IMG/VR virus record: IMGVR_UViG_3300032243_000118
Coordinates: 1 to 29,090 of that record
DNA: 29,090 nucleotides
Source of the DNA: a virus
Lineage: Duplodnaviria; Caudoviricetes
Reading direction: 5' to 3' (one strand)
Each line of letters starts with the position of its first letter. Within the stretch, counting starts at the first letter, position 1. The notes beneath the pieces were generated by a model that did not search any database, was not told the DNA's origin, and saw only the letters and a list, made by a program, of their open reading frames with translations. This document shows, piece after piece, positions 1 to 8,781 of this stretch. The position numbers and the translations under genes were made by a program.

Positions 1-123
1 AATCTAGTTCTTCTTGGTGAACAGTAATTGCAGTTTCAAGCGTGACCAATGCAGCCATTGACGATGCAACCGATTCAGCATCGTTGATTTTTTCAGCGAT
101 CTGACGGTTAAGTTCATGCTGAT
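1..123. repeat. Terminal direct repeat, copy 1 (circular assembly overlap)
   Basis: 1..123 is identical to 28968..29090, and an ORF reads through the junction. Confidence 0.97.
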
Positions 124-211
124 ACGCTTCGCCAGCAAATTGCTCAATGCGCTGTGTTAATAAGTTGCGCTTGTGTTCATCTGTTAGAAGTGTGTTGAAG
201 TCAATAGCCAT
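1..211 (-). CDS. 73-aa hypothetical protein spanning the circular junction (possible fibre assembly chaperone)
   Basis: Not in ORF track. ATG at 211 after AGGGAAA RBS. MAIDFNTLLTDEHKRNLL...HQEELDLLG continues across the junction to TAA at 28957..28959. Confidence 0.8.
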   Translation of the reverse strand, partial: MAIDFNTLLTDEHKRNLLTQRIEQFAGEAYQHELNRQIAEKINDAESVASSMAALVTLETAITVHQEELD

Positions 212-221
212 TTGTTTTCCC

Positions 222-1679
222 TTAGGTTTGTGGAATGTTGTCTAGAATTGTTGTTTCTGCGCCAGCCGTTCCAGCGCGAACAACAAGTTTTAGGGTGCCA
301 GCGGTTGTGCCATCACGAAGATAAATCTTGGCTTGGTTGGCTAATGGATTGGCTGCTGCCGAAGTCATCTTTGTAAGTCGCAAACGACCACCACTATTTT
401 CTTCAACCAATGTTGCCAAATCTGTAATGGTATTTATGTTTGTCGCTCTCAATACGCCTGCAGAACTCATTGTTGCCAATGCAGTACCGCCAGAGTTTTG
501 CCATTGTTGTAAATCGCTAGATTGCGAAGCAGCACCACGAATAATCTGCCCAATAGTTCCAGCACTACGCGCTGTCACACTAGCCTGAGCAGGTGCGCTT
601 ACAGTTCCAGCGACAGTCTGCGCTCCAGTTGTTGCGTTCAAATACGAAACTGTGAACGGTGAAGTATTGCTAACTGCCGTTACTAATGCGCCTGTTGTGT
701 TGTAACCCGTAGGAGTTACGCCAGCAACAACTATCAGATCACCAACGGCAAGGTTAGTCGCGCTAGTCATTGTCAAAGTTGCAGTTGTGCCATCGCCAGA
801 TGCAGCCGTTGTCGCGCCACCAACGCCAGAGTTAATTGTTGTTGTTGAGCCTGAATAGATTTGGGCAACTGCGTTACGACCGCCAAGGATGGTTGAAGCG
901 GAGTTCATGTATTGCATTGAATCAACATTTGCGCTTGATGCCATGCGAACAATGATTCCAAGTTGCGATGCAGCAAAAGGTTTTACGCTTAATAAGTTGT
1001 TGTTAATAACTCCTGTGCCACCGAGAGATAAAAAAGCATTTGAATTCATAGCAGAGCGAATTGTTCCGCCGTCAATTTGCCATTCTTGCAAGTTGGCTGT
1101 TTGTGATGCCACTCCACGAATTATTGAAGTAACAATAGATACTCCGCCACCCACTATTCCAAGTCTTACGCCTAACGAAGTTGTTGAACCAGCCGTAATA
1201 TTTCCTTGAGCAATAAAAGAACCAGCAGATGAAAAAGCATTTAAAAGTGCATCAGCAGAACTTCTAATTTCTAGAGTGTTTACGCTTTGACCAGCAACAC
1301 CAATTATTTTCAAACCAATAACATCGCTAGCGTTTGTAATCGTATGACCGCCAACTGTGAAAGCGTTGGCTGAACCTAGTCGCGCATAGCGACCATCATT
1401 AGTTGTATTTTGTGCAGTTTGGTCAAAGCCTAATTGCGCTGAAGTCAAAGTTCCAGAGTTAGTGATTGGAGCAGTAACGCCAATTACACCACTTGATCCT
1501 GTCGCGCCTGTGGCTCCAGTTGCACCCGTTGCTCCAGTAGCCCCTGTTGCCCCTTGAATGCCTACGTTTGAAGTCGTAATATTTGCCGTAGTTTCAGTTA
1601 CTGAAATTGTTGCCGATGTATCGGAAGTGACTACAACGCTTGCATTGGTTTCAGCTATGACAATTGTTGCATCAGCCAT
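222..1679 (-). CDS. Fibre-like virion protein with collagen-like repeat
   Basis: 485 aa, G/S/T/A-rich. (GAT)x6 collagen tract and four copies of an IIRGxASQxxxLQxWQ-like module. Confidence 0.7.
   Translation of the reverse strand: MADATIVIAETNASVVVTSDTSATISVTETTANITTSNVGIQGATGATGATGATGATGATGSSGVIGVTAPITNSGTLTSAQLGFDQTAQNTTNDGRYARLGSANAFTVGGHTITNASDVIGLKIIGVAGQSVNTLEIRSSADALLNAFSSAGSFIAQGNITAGSTTSLGVRLGIVGGGVSIVTSIIRGVASQTANLQEWQIDGGTIRSAMNSNAFLSLGGTGVINNNLLSVKPFAASQLGIIVRMASSANVDSMQYMNSASTILGGRNAVAQIYSGSTTTINSGVGGATTAASGDGTTATLTMTSATNLAVGDLIVVAGVTPTGYNTTGALVTAVSNTSPFTVSYLNATTGAQTVAGTVSAPAQASVTARSAGTIGQIIRGAASQSSDLQQWQNSGGTALATMSSAGVLRATNINTITDLATLVEENSGGRLRLTKMTSAAANPLANQAKIYLRDGTTAGTLKLVVRAGTAGAETTILDNIPQT
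1491..1562 (-). repeat. Collagen-like Gly-X-Y repeat GIQ-(GAT)6-GSS
   Basis: Read directly from the translation; codons are synonymously varied. Confidence 0.9.
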
Positions 1680-2026
1680 TACTTCGTAACCTCTGGATCA
1701 ACTAGGAAAGTTCCCTGAATAAGTCTTGTCACCGCGCTACCGCCAGATACAAGTTCCAAGTCATAAACGTATTGTCCTGTTGCTACGCCTGCCGTTGTCG
1801 TAGCTGTCGCGTTGATAAGAATCGTGCCGGCAGTTCCACCTAGCGTGATTCCTGAACCGCTAGTTAAATTCAAGATCGCAGTATCAGAAGCAAAACTTGA
1901 GCGAACCTGCATACGGCCTGTATATCCCGTTAGATTGACAGGTAAAGAATTAACATTCCAAGTAAGCGATAAATCAAAAGTCGCGCCCTGATACATTGTG
2001 ACGTTGTAAATTGCTGGATTCTGCAT
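1679..2026 (-). CDS. Small beta-rich virion protein (BppU-N/Ig-like fibre adaptor)
   Basis: MYQGATF...VNLTGYTGRMQVR...YVYDLEL...LIQGTF pattern, typical of adaptors upstream of collagen fibres; TAATG coupling to the next gene. Confidence 0.6.
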   Translation of the reverse strand: MQNPAIYNVTMYQGATFDLSLTWNVNSLPVNLTGYTGRMQVRSSFASDTAILNLTSGSGITLGGTAGTILINATATTTAGVATGQYVYDLELVSGGSAVTRLIQGTFLVDPEVTK

Positions 2027-2035
2027 TGAAAGTCC

Positions 2036-2644
2036 TTAAGTTGTCATCGCGGCTGTTCGCGAGATTTCATTTAATTTATTGCCGTCTGAAATAAAACTGA
2101 TTGTATAGGTTCTAGCAAGTCCTGCCGAACCAAGAACTGTCAAAGTACCTGTTGTTCTAAAGTGACTCGGATTAAAAGTTATGATTCTAGATGTTGAAGC
2201 AGTAGCTGATTTAACAATTAAATTGCAGAAAGTTCCAGCAGGAACAGATATTGATTGCGAAAGTGTAAAGGCAGCACCGCCATTTTCAAGTCTTATGACG
2301 TTATATTGTTCAAACGACAAATCTTGAGCCGCGCTAATAATTCCAATGTCAAGATAAGAACCACTAATGATTCCGCTACTAACTATTTTTATGCCGTTGA
2401 TTCCTGCAATGAAACCTGAACCAGTTATGTCTGTGCTATTAACGATAGGAACGTCAAAAGTCGCTTGTGTTGTATTGACTAGAAATGCACTTGATAATGA
2501 AAGATAGTCAAAAGCATTGATAGTTAAAGCCTGAAGTTGATCTGAAAGATAAATAGAACTTGCATTCAAAGCTCCTAAATCATCTCGCAAGACAACTGAA
2601 TTTGGAGTTTCAGTATTAGTAAATAAATATTTCGATTGAGTCAT
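2036..2644 (-). CDS. Putative virion fibre/decoration protein
   Basis: 202 aa, S/T/G-rich beta-type C-terminus (YTISFISDGNKLNEISR); translationally coupled to the portal gene. Confidence 0.5.
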   Translation of the reverse strand: MTQSKYLFTNTETPNSVVLRDDLGALNASSIYLSDQLQALTINAFDYLSLSSAFLVNTTQATFDVPIVNSTDITGSGFIAGINGIKIVSSGIISGSYLDIGIISAAQDLSFEQYNVIRLENGGAAFTLSQSISVPAGTFCNLIVKSATASTSRIITFNPSHFRTTGTLTVLGSAGLARTYTISFISDGNKLNEISRTAAMTT

Positions 2645-4002
2645 TATTGAACACCATAAACTGATTCAGGATTTAGTGGATCAATTTGTGCAATTGATTG
2701 CAACGCAGTCGATGGAAGTCCCGTATGTGAAATCTTAGGTAGGTTTAATGCCACCAAAACAGAAGCAGGATCAAAGCCCGATAAAATAAGTTTTTGAGCC
2801 ATCGTAACGCGCTTATCAGTTTCAACAAGAGAAGCTGCGCCAAGATCAACGTTAGCCAAAGGCACACGATAAACATCGCCACCATCGACTGGTCGTAAAT
2901 CCTCAAATCGTCTAATGTCATTAACACTTAAGAATCCTGCCTGCGAACCGATTGAATAACCATTCATGCGAGTTGCAAAGTCACCACGCAAAAGTCCATC
3001 TACGTTAAAGCGAATGAACGCGCCTTGTGGCAGTAGTGCGCTATAAGCATCTTCCATTTTGGCAATGTATGGGCGCAAGGTATGAGTCACAAAGTTAATG
3101 CTGTTTTGTTCTACGGATGCGTAAGACTGCGCTCCCGGTGTTGTTACGCCGATCATGTGCGGTGGAACTCTAAACATTCTTGCTACTTCTTCAATGGCTA
3201 ACTTGCGACTATCTAACATCTGCGCTTCGTCTGGATTCACGCCAGTTCTAACAAACTTTGCGCCACCTGTTAGAAGTCCAGTTTTGTTTGACTTTCTAAA
3301 TCCGCTATGACGTTGATTAAATCCATCAACAAGGTTCTTAGCTTGATCGCTGTTTAGGCTTTGTGGAGTTTCGATAATTCCTGAAGTTGTTGCGCCTTGT
3401 CCAAAGAACCTAGAAGCAAAAGATTGCAGGGCAGTTGTTAGACCTAGATTGTCTTTAAGTTCTGTGACTCTAGACATTCCGCGCAGATCGCCAGCCTTGC
3501 GCAATTCTGTAATCTGAAGCATATCTTGTTTGCTTACTGCTACTGATTCGTTTTCGTCAATGATGTATTCGATCTCACGAGTTACTTTGTTACGAGATAC
3601 ACGAACCCGATACGGGTCTATGACAACAAGGTTGATAACCTGACCAGAGTTATCGCGGAATACTCGAATGAAAGCGTTGCCGTCTAACAATAAAGAAATA
3701 AGAACTTGTTGGTAATGTTCTGAACGCAACAGATCAACGTCTGGTCTTTGAATCCAAGCAGGTTGCGGGCGATAAGGCACACGATCACCATCACGCCGAA
3801 TGAAGGAATCAACTGGAAGCGTTGAGATCGTGTCAGAGATTAAAAGAACGCAAGCGTAGAAAGCATTAATTTTCATCGCTTGAGTTTGATCTATGTTTGT
3901 GCCGGCTTCAGTTGTGAATGCAAAAGAATCGCCTGCGCCCCAAATGGATTGAAAGCTGATCGCGCGTTCTTCTTCATTGCGACCTGTTAAATTACCAAGC
4001 AT
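2644..4002 (-). CDS. Portal protein, HK97 family
   Basis: YACVLLISDTISTLP, LLLDGNAF, EEVARMFRVPPHMIG, FNVDGLLRGD, SVNDIRRFEDL motifs; follows TerL. Confidence 0.95.
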   Translation of the reverse strand: MLGNLTGRNEEERAISFQSIWGAGDSFAFTTEAGTNIDQTQAMKINAFYACVLLISDTISTLPVDSFIRRDGDRVPYRPQPAWIQRPDVDLLRSEHYQQVLISLLLDGNAFIRVFRDNSGQVINLVVIDPYRVRVSRNKVTREIEYIIDENESVAVSKQDMLQITELRKAGDLRGMSRVTELKDNLGLTTALQSFASRFFGQGATTSGIIETPQSLNSDQAKNLVDGFNQRHSGFRKSNKTGLLTGGAKFVRTGVNPDEAQMLDSRKLAIEEVARMFRVPPHMIGVTTPGAQSYASVEQNSINFVTHTLRPYIAKMEDAYSALLPQGAFIRFNVDGLLRGDFATRMNGYSIGSQAGFLSVNDIRRFEDLRPVDGGDVYRVPLANVDLGAASLVETDKRVTMAQKLILSGFDPASVLVALNLPKISHTGLPSTALQSIAQIDPLNPESVYGVQ

Positions 4003-4139
4003 TATTGACCCTTCTCAAATGCAATACCAACTAGCAAAAGACTTACGCCAGCTGCGACTATGCCTAATGGCAGGATGAACAAACCTAGACCTAGTGAGAT
4101 TGTTGCTAGACCAACCACTTGCAAGATAGACGGGATCAA
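4002..4139 (-). CDS. 45-aa two-helix membrane protein between TerL and portal
   Basis: Not in ORF track. TTG start after TAGGAG RBS; MIPSILQVVGLATISLGLGLFILPLGIVAAGVSLLLVGIAFEKGQ; stop overlaps the portal ATG. Confidence 0.75.
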   Translation of the reverse strand: MIPSILQVVGLATISLGLGLFILPLGIVAAGVSLLLVGIAFEKGQ

Positions 4140-4147
4140 TGCAACTC

Positions 4148-5665
4148 CTAGAAACTAAAGAACTGTGGCACAACGGGTTCTTCTCTGGAAACAGTTGCCC
4201 TATCAAATCCTATGATACTAGCAACGGCGGCATCTATCTTTCGTGGTGAACCACGATGTTCTTTCACGATGCGTGGCCCTAGTCTGTCGGTCTTAACAAC
4301 TGCGTTCTGCAAGTGACGTAGAAGCAACGGATTTCCATCATGCGTTAGTTTGCCTGACACAACCGCATCATAGAACTTTGAACACGCTGGAACCATGCGA
4401 GCAGGTGACGTACTAGGCCATTCAACTATCGGGAATCCTGCTTCATCTAAAACCTGCATTGTTCGTTGCCAACGGAAAGGATCACAAGCAATTTCTCGCA
4501 CGTTATGAGTTCCGCAAAATTCAATGATCGTATTTTCAACTTCAAGAATGTCCACTCGCCAATCATCTTGATCTTCTGGTTGCTTTTCCCACGCCTTGAC
4601 CATAAAGACAAACGGCTGTTCTTCACAAGTAACGCCGACAATAACAGAAGCATCACCACTAAACGAACCATCGAAACCTAAGACAACTGGAACGTCTGGA
4701 TCAATTGTGCGTTTAGTTTCTAGTTGTTCCCATGCACCATTAGGTAGCCACGCGGTTTGACTGCTCACCCATTGATTGCATCGCTTAGTTCTGAACTCTG
4801 CTTCTGGTGTTCGCTTGACCATAGCTGCAAAATCTTTTGGATCATTGAGATCGCCAAATGCCGGGTTCGCTTGTTTCCAAGTCGCTTCTGAATGGTGATC
4901 TGCTTCCCCTTCTGCTTCCCACCATGCCATAAAAAAACTGGTATCAACAATTTCTTTTTGGGCAACTCGTTTGCCGTATTGATAAAGGTTGTAAGCGATT
5001 GAATCTTGACCAGTTGAATCCGCTTTGACTCCTGCGGTAGTTAATGAGATCAACATTGGTTCACGCCTTGCGCCCATTCCAAGTTGCATAACGTCAAATA
5101 GTTCGCGATTAGGTGATGCGTGAAGTTCGTCAAAGATAACGCAGGTTGGACTTAGACCTTCTTTAGAATAAGACTCACTTGAGAGAACGCGATAAACAGA
5201 ACCAGTTGCCGGTACTTCTATGGCATCGCGGTACACGTTGCAAAGTTCCGCAAGTTCTGGTTCTGCTTCAATCATTCTCTTAGCATCGCTGAACACAATA
5301 CGCGCCTGATCTTTATCAGCTGCACAAGAATAAACTTCACCACCAGCAGGCCCCATGATCAATGACCAAAGACCAATGCCAGAACCTAATGCGGATTTAC
5401 CGTTCTTGCGAGCCATGCCAATTAGCGCGGTGCGGTGTCGAAACTTTCCATCTGTGCCGACTGCGAATAAATGCCTAAACAATTCGTGTTGCCAATCGCG
5501 TAGTTGCATCTTGTCACCTGCAAACCCGGCAACGGTTTCTTTAGTTTGAATAGCGAACGTGTCTATGAAGTCTGAAACTTGTGCGCCACGAGATTTTGTC
5601 AGCGCGGCTTTATTAACAGGTGTCAGCCAAGTTGGCGGCCATGACTCAATTTTTTTGACTGGCAC
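4148..5665 (-). CDS. terL: Terminase large subunit
   Basis: Walker A ARKNGKS, Walker B VIFDELH, LTTAG coupling motif, nuclease motifs GFDGS and KIDAAVA. Confidence 0.97.
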   Translation of the reverse strand: MPVKKIESWPPTWLTPVNKAALTKSRGAQVSDFIDTFAIQTKETVAGFAGDKMQLRDWQHELFRHLFAVGTDGKFRHRTALIGMARKNGKSALGSGIGLWSLIMGPAGGEVYSCAADKDQARIVFSDAKRMIEAEPELAELCNVYRDAIEVPATGSVYRVLSSESYSKEGLSPTCVIFDELHASPNRELFDVMQLGMGARREPMLISLTTAGVKADSTGQDSIAYNLYQYGKRVAQKEIVDTSFFMAWWEAEGEADHHSEATWKQANPAFGDLNDPKDFAAMVKRTPEAEFRTKRCNQWVSSQTAWLPNGAWEQLETKRTIDPDVPVVLGFDGSFSGDASVIVGVTCEEQPFVFMVKAWEKQPEDQDDWRVDILEVENTIIEFCGTHNVREIACDPFRWQRTMQVLDEAGFPIVEWPSTSPARMVPACSKFYDAVVSGKLTHDGNPLLLRHLQNAVVKTDRLGPRIVKEHRGSPRKIDAAVASIIGFDRATVSREEPVVPQFFSF

Positions 5666-6098
5666 GAGCCTTCAAGTCCTCAAGTTTTGACACACGTTTG
5701 ACTTCAGCTACGCCAAGTCGTGAACGGTCTGTTGGTGTGAATCCAAGCAACGATAAATTAGCAACCAGTTGGCGATCTAGTTCACGCAACGACTTGCGTT
5801 CATCTGGTCTATTGTTTTGCAATACCTGAATACGCAAGTTGCGCCGTTCGTCTAGTAGCTCGCAAGTCATAAGCAGAATTTCAATGTCGGTTAGTGGGCT
5901 TAACCACGTTTGTCCCATGCCCCAGATGCGTTCCCAAAGTTCTGTCCCGGCAGACCCTAGTGGTCTGTTGGGTTCAGGGATTGAATAGGCAGATGGTAGA
6001 AGCACAAGTTCTTTCTGGTCTGGCAATGTTCGTTTGCCCGGATTGCCAGTAATGCGTTTCTGTTCAATTGGTTTTGGTGGTCTGCCACGCGGAGCCAT
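5646..6098 (-). CDS. terS: Terminase small subunit (P27-like)
   Basis: GRPPKP...GNPGKR N-terminus and LGFTPTDRSRL C-terminus; directly upstream of terL. Confidence 0.9.
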   Translation of the reverse strand: MAPRGRPPKPIEQKRITGNPGKRTLPDQKELVLLPSAYSIPEPNRPLGSAGTELWERIWGMGQTWLSPLTDIEILLMTCELLDERRNLRIQVLQNNRPDERKSLRELDRQLVANLSLLGFTPTDRSRLGVAEVKRVSKLEDLKARASQKN

Positions 6099-6100
6099 AT

Positions 6101-6574
6101 TTATTCCTTAACTGAAGAACCGCAAGTTGGACAAACTTTATCCTCTTTGAATTTTAACGGTTCGTCACTAACGTCACCTATTGGCGGTTGTAAAGATTCA
6201 AAACCTAGTTGTTCAAGTTCCCAACCGTTCGCATCAAGTTCTAGTAACTGATCTGCAAGAACCTTGTCATCCCATTCTGCAAGTTCTGCGGTGCGGTTGT
6301 CAGCTAGTGCGAACGCGCGTATCTGTTCCCAACTCCAACCAACTGGAGTTCTGGCAATAACGATTTCAATCCAACCCAAATTCTTTGCGGCTTCAAGTGT
6401 GCCGTTGCCGGCAACAACGATTGAGTCAGGTGTTACGCAGATTGGTTTGCGTTGTCCAAATTTCAGTAGTGAGTTCTCAATTGCTTGCAGGTTTCGCGCA
6501 TCATGCTTCCGCGCATTTACTGGATCAGGCGTAAGGCTGCTGATCGCAACGGTTTCAATTTTCAAATCGGTCAT
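6101..6574 (-). CDS. ParB/sulfiredoxin-like domain protein with C-terminal CxxC
   Basis: LTPDPVNARKH, SLLKFGQRKPI, VVAGNGTLEAA, ALADNRTAELAEWD, CPTCG. Confidence 0.85.
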   Translation of the reverse strand: MTDLKIETVAISSLTPDPVNARKHDARNLQAIENSLLKFGQRKPICVTPDSIVVAGNGTLEAAKNLGWIEIVIARTPVGWSWEQIRAFALADNRTAELAEWDDKVLADQLLELDANGWELEQLGFESLQPPIGDVSDEPLKFKEDKVCPTCGSSVKE

Positions 6575-6586
6575 GTTTTGAGTCTA
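6575..6586 (-). promoter_or_regulatory. Leaderless promoter -10 (TAGACT) of the packaging operon
   Basis: TAGACT at 6581..6586, then 6 nt, then ATG at 6574; no SD. Confidence 0.6.
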
Positions 6587-6700
6587 ACCAAAAACCGCGC
6601 AAATCCGCCATTTTCCCAAACTCTGAATTTCGCGGAGACCTGCGAAAGTTTGGGTCGGGGTATGCTGTGTAACGCTTGTATGAGATTTTGACCCGCCCTA
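6587..6700. other. Probable cos/packaging-site region
   Basis: GC-rich non-coding gap after the HNH gene and ahead of ParB-like/terS, with GGGCGGGTCAAAA and the inverted repeat TTTCGC..GCGAAA. This is the usual position in HK97-like cos phages (inference). Confidence 0.45.
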
Positions 6701-7006
6701 CCCTTTTTTTGGTGGAGTATTGCCACGCCTTGAGTTACAAGACCTATGCGCTGGAATCAACGGACTAGATGGATCGCCGGGGTAGTAGTGATCAGCCGTA
6801 AACGGATCATCCAACCTGCGGCCTTGTCCGCAAAGCCAACAGACCGTAGCCGTATCTCGTACTTGTTTAGCCTGTTTAGCGTATGAACCCTTGTAATGCG
6901 GTCTATTGGCGTTCCTATTGGCTTCTGCAACCTTCTGACAGTCGTTACAGAGTGATGGGTTACGGTGTAAGGCTTTGCACTTTAAGCAGGGTTTATTGAA
7001 CGCCAC
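6698..7006 (-). CDS. HNH endonuclease (terminase-associated, gp74-like)
   Basis: CWLCG...TADH...AHRSCNSRRG plus N-terminal CxxC pairs; upstream of the terminase genes. Confidence 0.9.
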   Translation of the reverse strand: MAFNKPCLKCKALHRNPSLCNDCQKVAEANRNANRPHYKGSYAKQAKQVRDTATVCWLCGQGRRLDDPFTADHYYPGDPSSPLIPAHRSCNSRRGNTPPKKG

Positions 7007-7553
7007 GTTGCATGACTTTGCCGTTGGTGTAGCTGCGGTACTGGTCTAGTGTTCCGCGTGTATTTGGATCGTGCATAGATGCGGCTTCCATTGCCCGTAG
7101 CGCAGATAAGTCGTGGTTCTTGTTCCAGTCGGGTTTGTATTGCTTATCAGCTAATGAACCCAATGCAAGGTTCGCTCCTGATCCAATTGCCCAATAAGGC
7201 TGCGCAGATAGAACGCTTAAGTCCTCGCCAATTAAGAATGACTTGCCATGCGTTACAAGGATTGCTTCTGCATCCATTTCTTTATCTTTGACAACGTGAT
7301 CAATCAATGGGATCACTTTAGTCACTAACCACTTGAGCCATGCGCCAGACTTAACAACATCTAGTGGTGGTTTAGGGTAATCAATGCCGTATTGCAACTG
7401 ATCGCAGACTCTTGCGCTACCGGCAACGCCAATCAGCCAAGTATCTTGTTGAACGATCTTCTTCATGTTGGGATGAATAACGTCTGAAGTAATACCCTGA
7501 TCTGCCGTTAATGCGCAGAAGTTATTTCCCGTTGTCGTGATGATCGTTGTCAT
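6993..7553 (-). CDS. Proteasome beta/HslV-like Ntn-hydrolase protease
   Basis: After Met removal: Thr1, Asp17, Lys31, GVAGS, AIGSG and DPNTRG, matching the beta-subunit catalytic layout. Confidence 0.85.
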   Translation of the reverse strand: MTTIITTTGNNFCALTADQGITSDVIHPNMKKIVQQDTWLIGVAGSARVCDQLQYGIDYPKPPLDVVKSGAWLKWLVTKVIPLIDHVVKDKEMDAEAILVTHGKSFLIGEDLSVLSAQPYWAIGSGANLALGSLADKQYKPDWNKNHDLSALRAMEAASMHDPNTRGTLDQYRSYTNGKVMQRGVQ

Positions 7554-7565
7554 GCGCTTAGTCTA
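7554..7565 (-). promoter_or_regulatory. Leaderless promoter -10 (TAGACT)
   Basis: TAGACT at 7560..7565, then 6 nt, then ATG at 7553; no SD. Confidence 0.6.
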
Positions 7566-7679
7566 TTAAGGTCTAAGGCTTGTCTTGTCTATAGACACAT
7601 TGGCAGCTTGTAAGCATTCCCAATAACTGTTGTGATCTTGTGTAGCACAACCTGAACGACAGATACCGTTGGATTCCAT
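7566..7679 (-). CDS. 37-aa Cys/His small protein
   Basis: Not in ORF track. MESNGICRSGCATQDHNSYWECLQAANVSIDKTSLRP; TAATG coupling; fills the gap. Confidence 0.7.
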   Translation of the reverse strand: MESNGICRSGCATQDHNSYWECLQAANVSIDKTSLRP

Positions 7680-7960
7680 TAGTCATCCCAACTATTCTTA
7701 AGCCAGCCTTCAGATTTACCTTGTGCCGGGTTCTGTGTAATAAAAGTATGACAAGGCCTGCAAAGCAAAGCTAAGTTGTCCTTGTCGGTGATGCTTCCAC
7801 CTCTAGCGCGTGTCTTAATCTCGTGAACATCTGTTGCGTAGTTGCTCTGGCAACGCTGGCATGGTGGAAAGTCGCGCAGTAGTTCTATGACCAACGCACG
7901 CCGTTCTGTCGCATAAATGGCTTCCATGCGCTTAGAACGGTGATGTATTGGTTTAGACAT
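7679..7960 (-). CDS. HNH endonuclease
   Basis: CQRC...DVHEIKTRARGGS...NLALLCRPCH. Confidence 0.9.
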   Translation of the reverse strand: MSKPIHHRSKRMEAIYATERRALVIELLRDFPPCQRCQSNYATDVHEIKTRARGGSITDKDNLALLCRPCHTFITQNPAQGKSEGWLKNSWDD

Positions 7961-8219
7961 TAAATTCAGTATCCCTAACTAAGGCTTCGCATCGCAGTTT
8001 CATTAACTCCATGCCCATCTTAATATCGGGTTCTGAATGACTTAACTTAATTGATCTGATCGCTTCTAGTAACGTGTCGCGGTATGCCTTGATGCTTCTG
8101 TTGCGATAGCAAGCAGGACAAAGTGAATAGTCACCTCTAGCTGGATGTTCAATGACGTGCCACCAACCATCCGTTTGATTAGATGATCGGTGACAGTCGT
8201 TACAGTTATTTGTCATCAA
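7953..8219 (-). CDS. Hypothetical protein with two CxxC motifs
   Basis: CNDC and CPAC; overlapping operon packing. Confidence 0.65.
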   Translation of the reverse strand: MMTNNCNDCHRSSNQTDGWWHVIEHPARGDYSLCPACYRNRSIKAYRDTLLEAIRSIKLSHSEPDIKMGMELMKLRCEALVRDTEFNV

Positions 8220-8412
8220 ACGGCCTGTTCAAATCATCGGTATATTTCCATTCCCGATCTAGTCGCGCAAAGATTGGTTCCATTGAGTGTGATTCGTGAC
8301 CTAGTTCGATGTAACGAATTTGCTCATTGCGTAACGCTAAGTTGTAACCACTAAAGAACGTTATTAACAGAATTGCAAGCCCGGCAAGAATAAAGATGAT
8401 TGTCATAACCAC
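8206..8412 (-). CDS. Small membrane-anchored hypothetical protein
   Basis: N-terminal hydrophobic helix; start may be ATG at 8406. Confidence 0.65.
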   Translation of the reverse strand: MVMTIIFILAGLAILLITFFSGYNLALRNEQIRYIELGHESHSMEPIFARLDREWKYTDDLNRPFDDK

Positions 8413-8777
8413 GGATCAACATCTGCGTTAGCTTCTTTAACTTTGTTTGCTTTGACTACGGCTGCAATCTCATCGGCAGTAATCTCTACGGCAGTACGCT
8501 CAACGCCGTTTTTGTCCTCATACTTTGAAACGCGAACTTTGCCAGTAACAAGAATTGATTGGCCTTTCTTAAACTGATCGCCAGCGGCTTCAGCTAGTCC
8601 ACGCCATAGAACAATGTCGAAGTAACTGGTGTCACCATCTGACCATTGACCTTTGTCATCTTTCTTTCGTTCGTTACACGCGATGCGCAACTTGCAACGG
8701 CTAATGCCTGATGCAGTAACGGTGAAGTCTGGATCGAATACCAGATTTCCCTGCGCAATGATTGTTGGTAGTGCCAT
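8403..8777 (-). CDS. ssb: Single-stranded DNA-binding protein
   Basis: GNLVFDP, YFDIVLWRGLAE, KGQSILVTGKV, actinobacterial-type DPW tail; start refined to MALPT after AGGA. Confidence 0.93.
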   Translation of the reverse strand: MALPTIIAQGNLVFDPDFTVTASGISRCKLRIACNERKKDDKGQWSDGDTSYFDIVLWRGLAEAAGDQFKKGQSILVTGKVRVSKYEDKNGVERTAVEITADEIAAVVKANKVKEANADVDPWL

Positions 8778-8781
8778 TTGT

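Noticed and set aside
1-123. 123-bp repeat as a biological direct terminal repeat
   Set aside because: It falls inside a gene far from the terminase, and the HNH/TerS/TerL set suggests cos packaging. It is best explained as an assembly overlap.
4015-4206. Alternative-frame minus ORFs (4015..4206, 9505..9723, 24888..25076, N-terminal part of 10216..10605)
   Set aside because: Better coupled small genes in other frames, or a terminator, explain these intervals.
6101-6574. Plasmid-prophage partition system
   Set aside because: No ParA or parS array, and no ParB HTH or dimerisation domain.
6698-7960. HNH genes as intron-encoded homing endonucleases
   Set aside because: No interrupted host gene or intron structure was seen; both are short free-standing HNHs.
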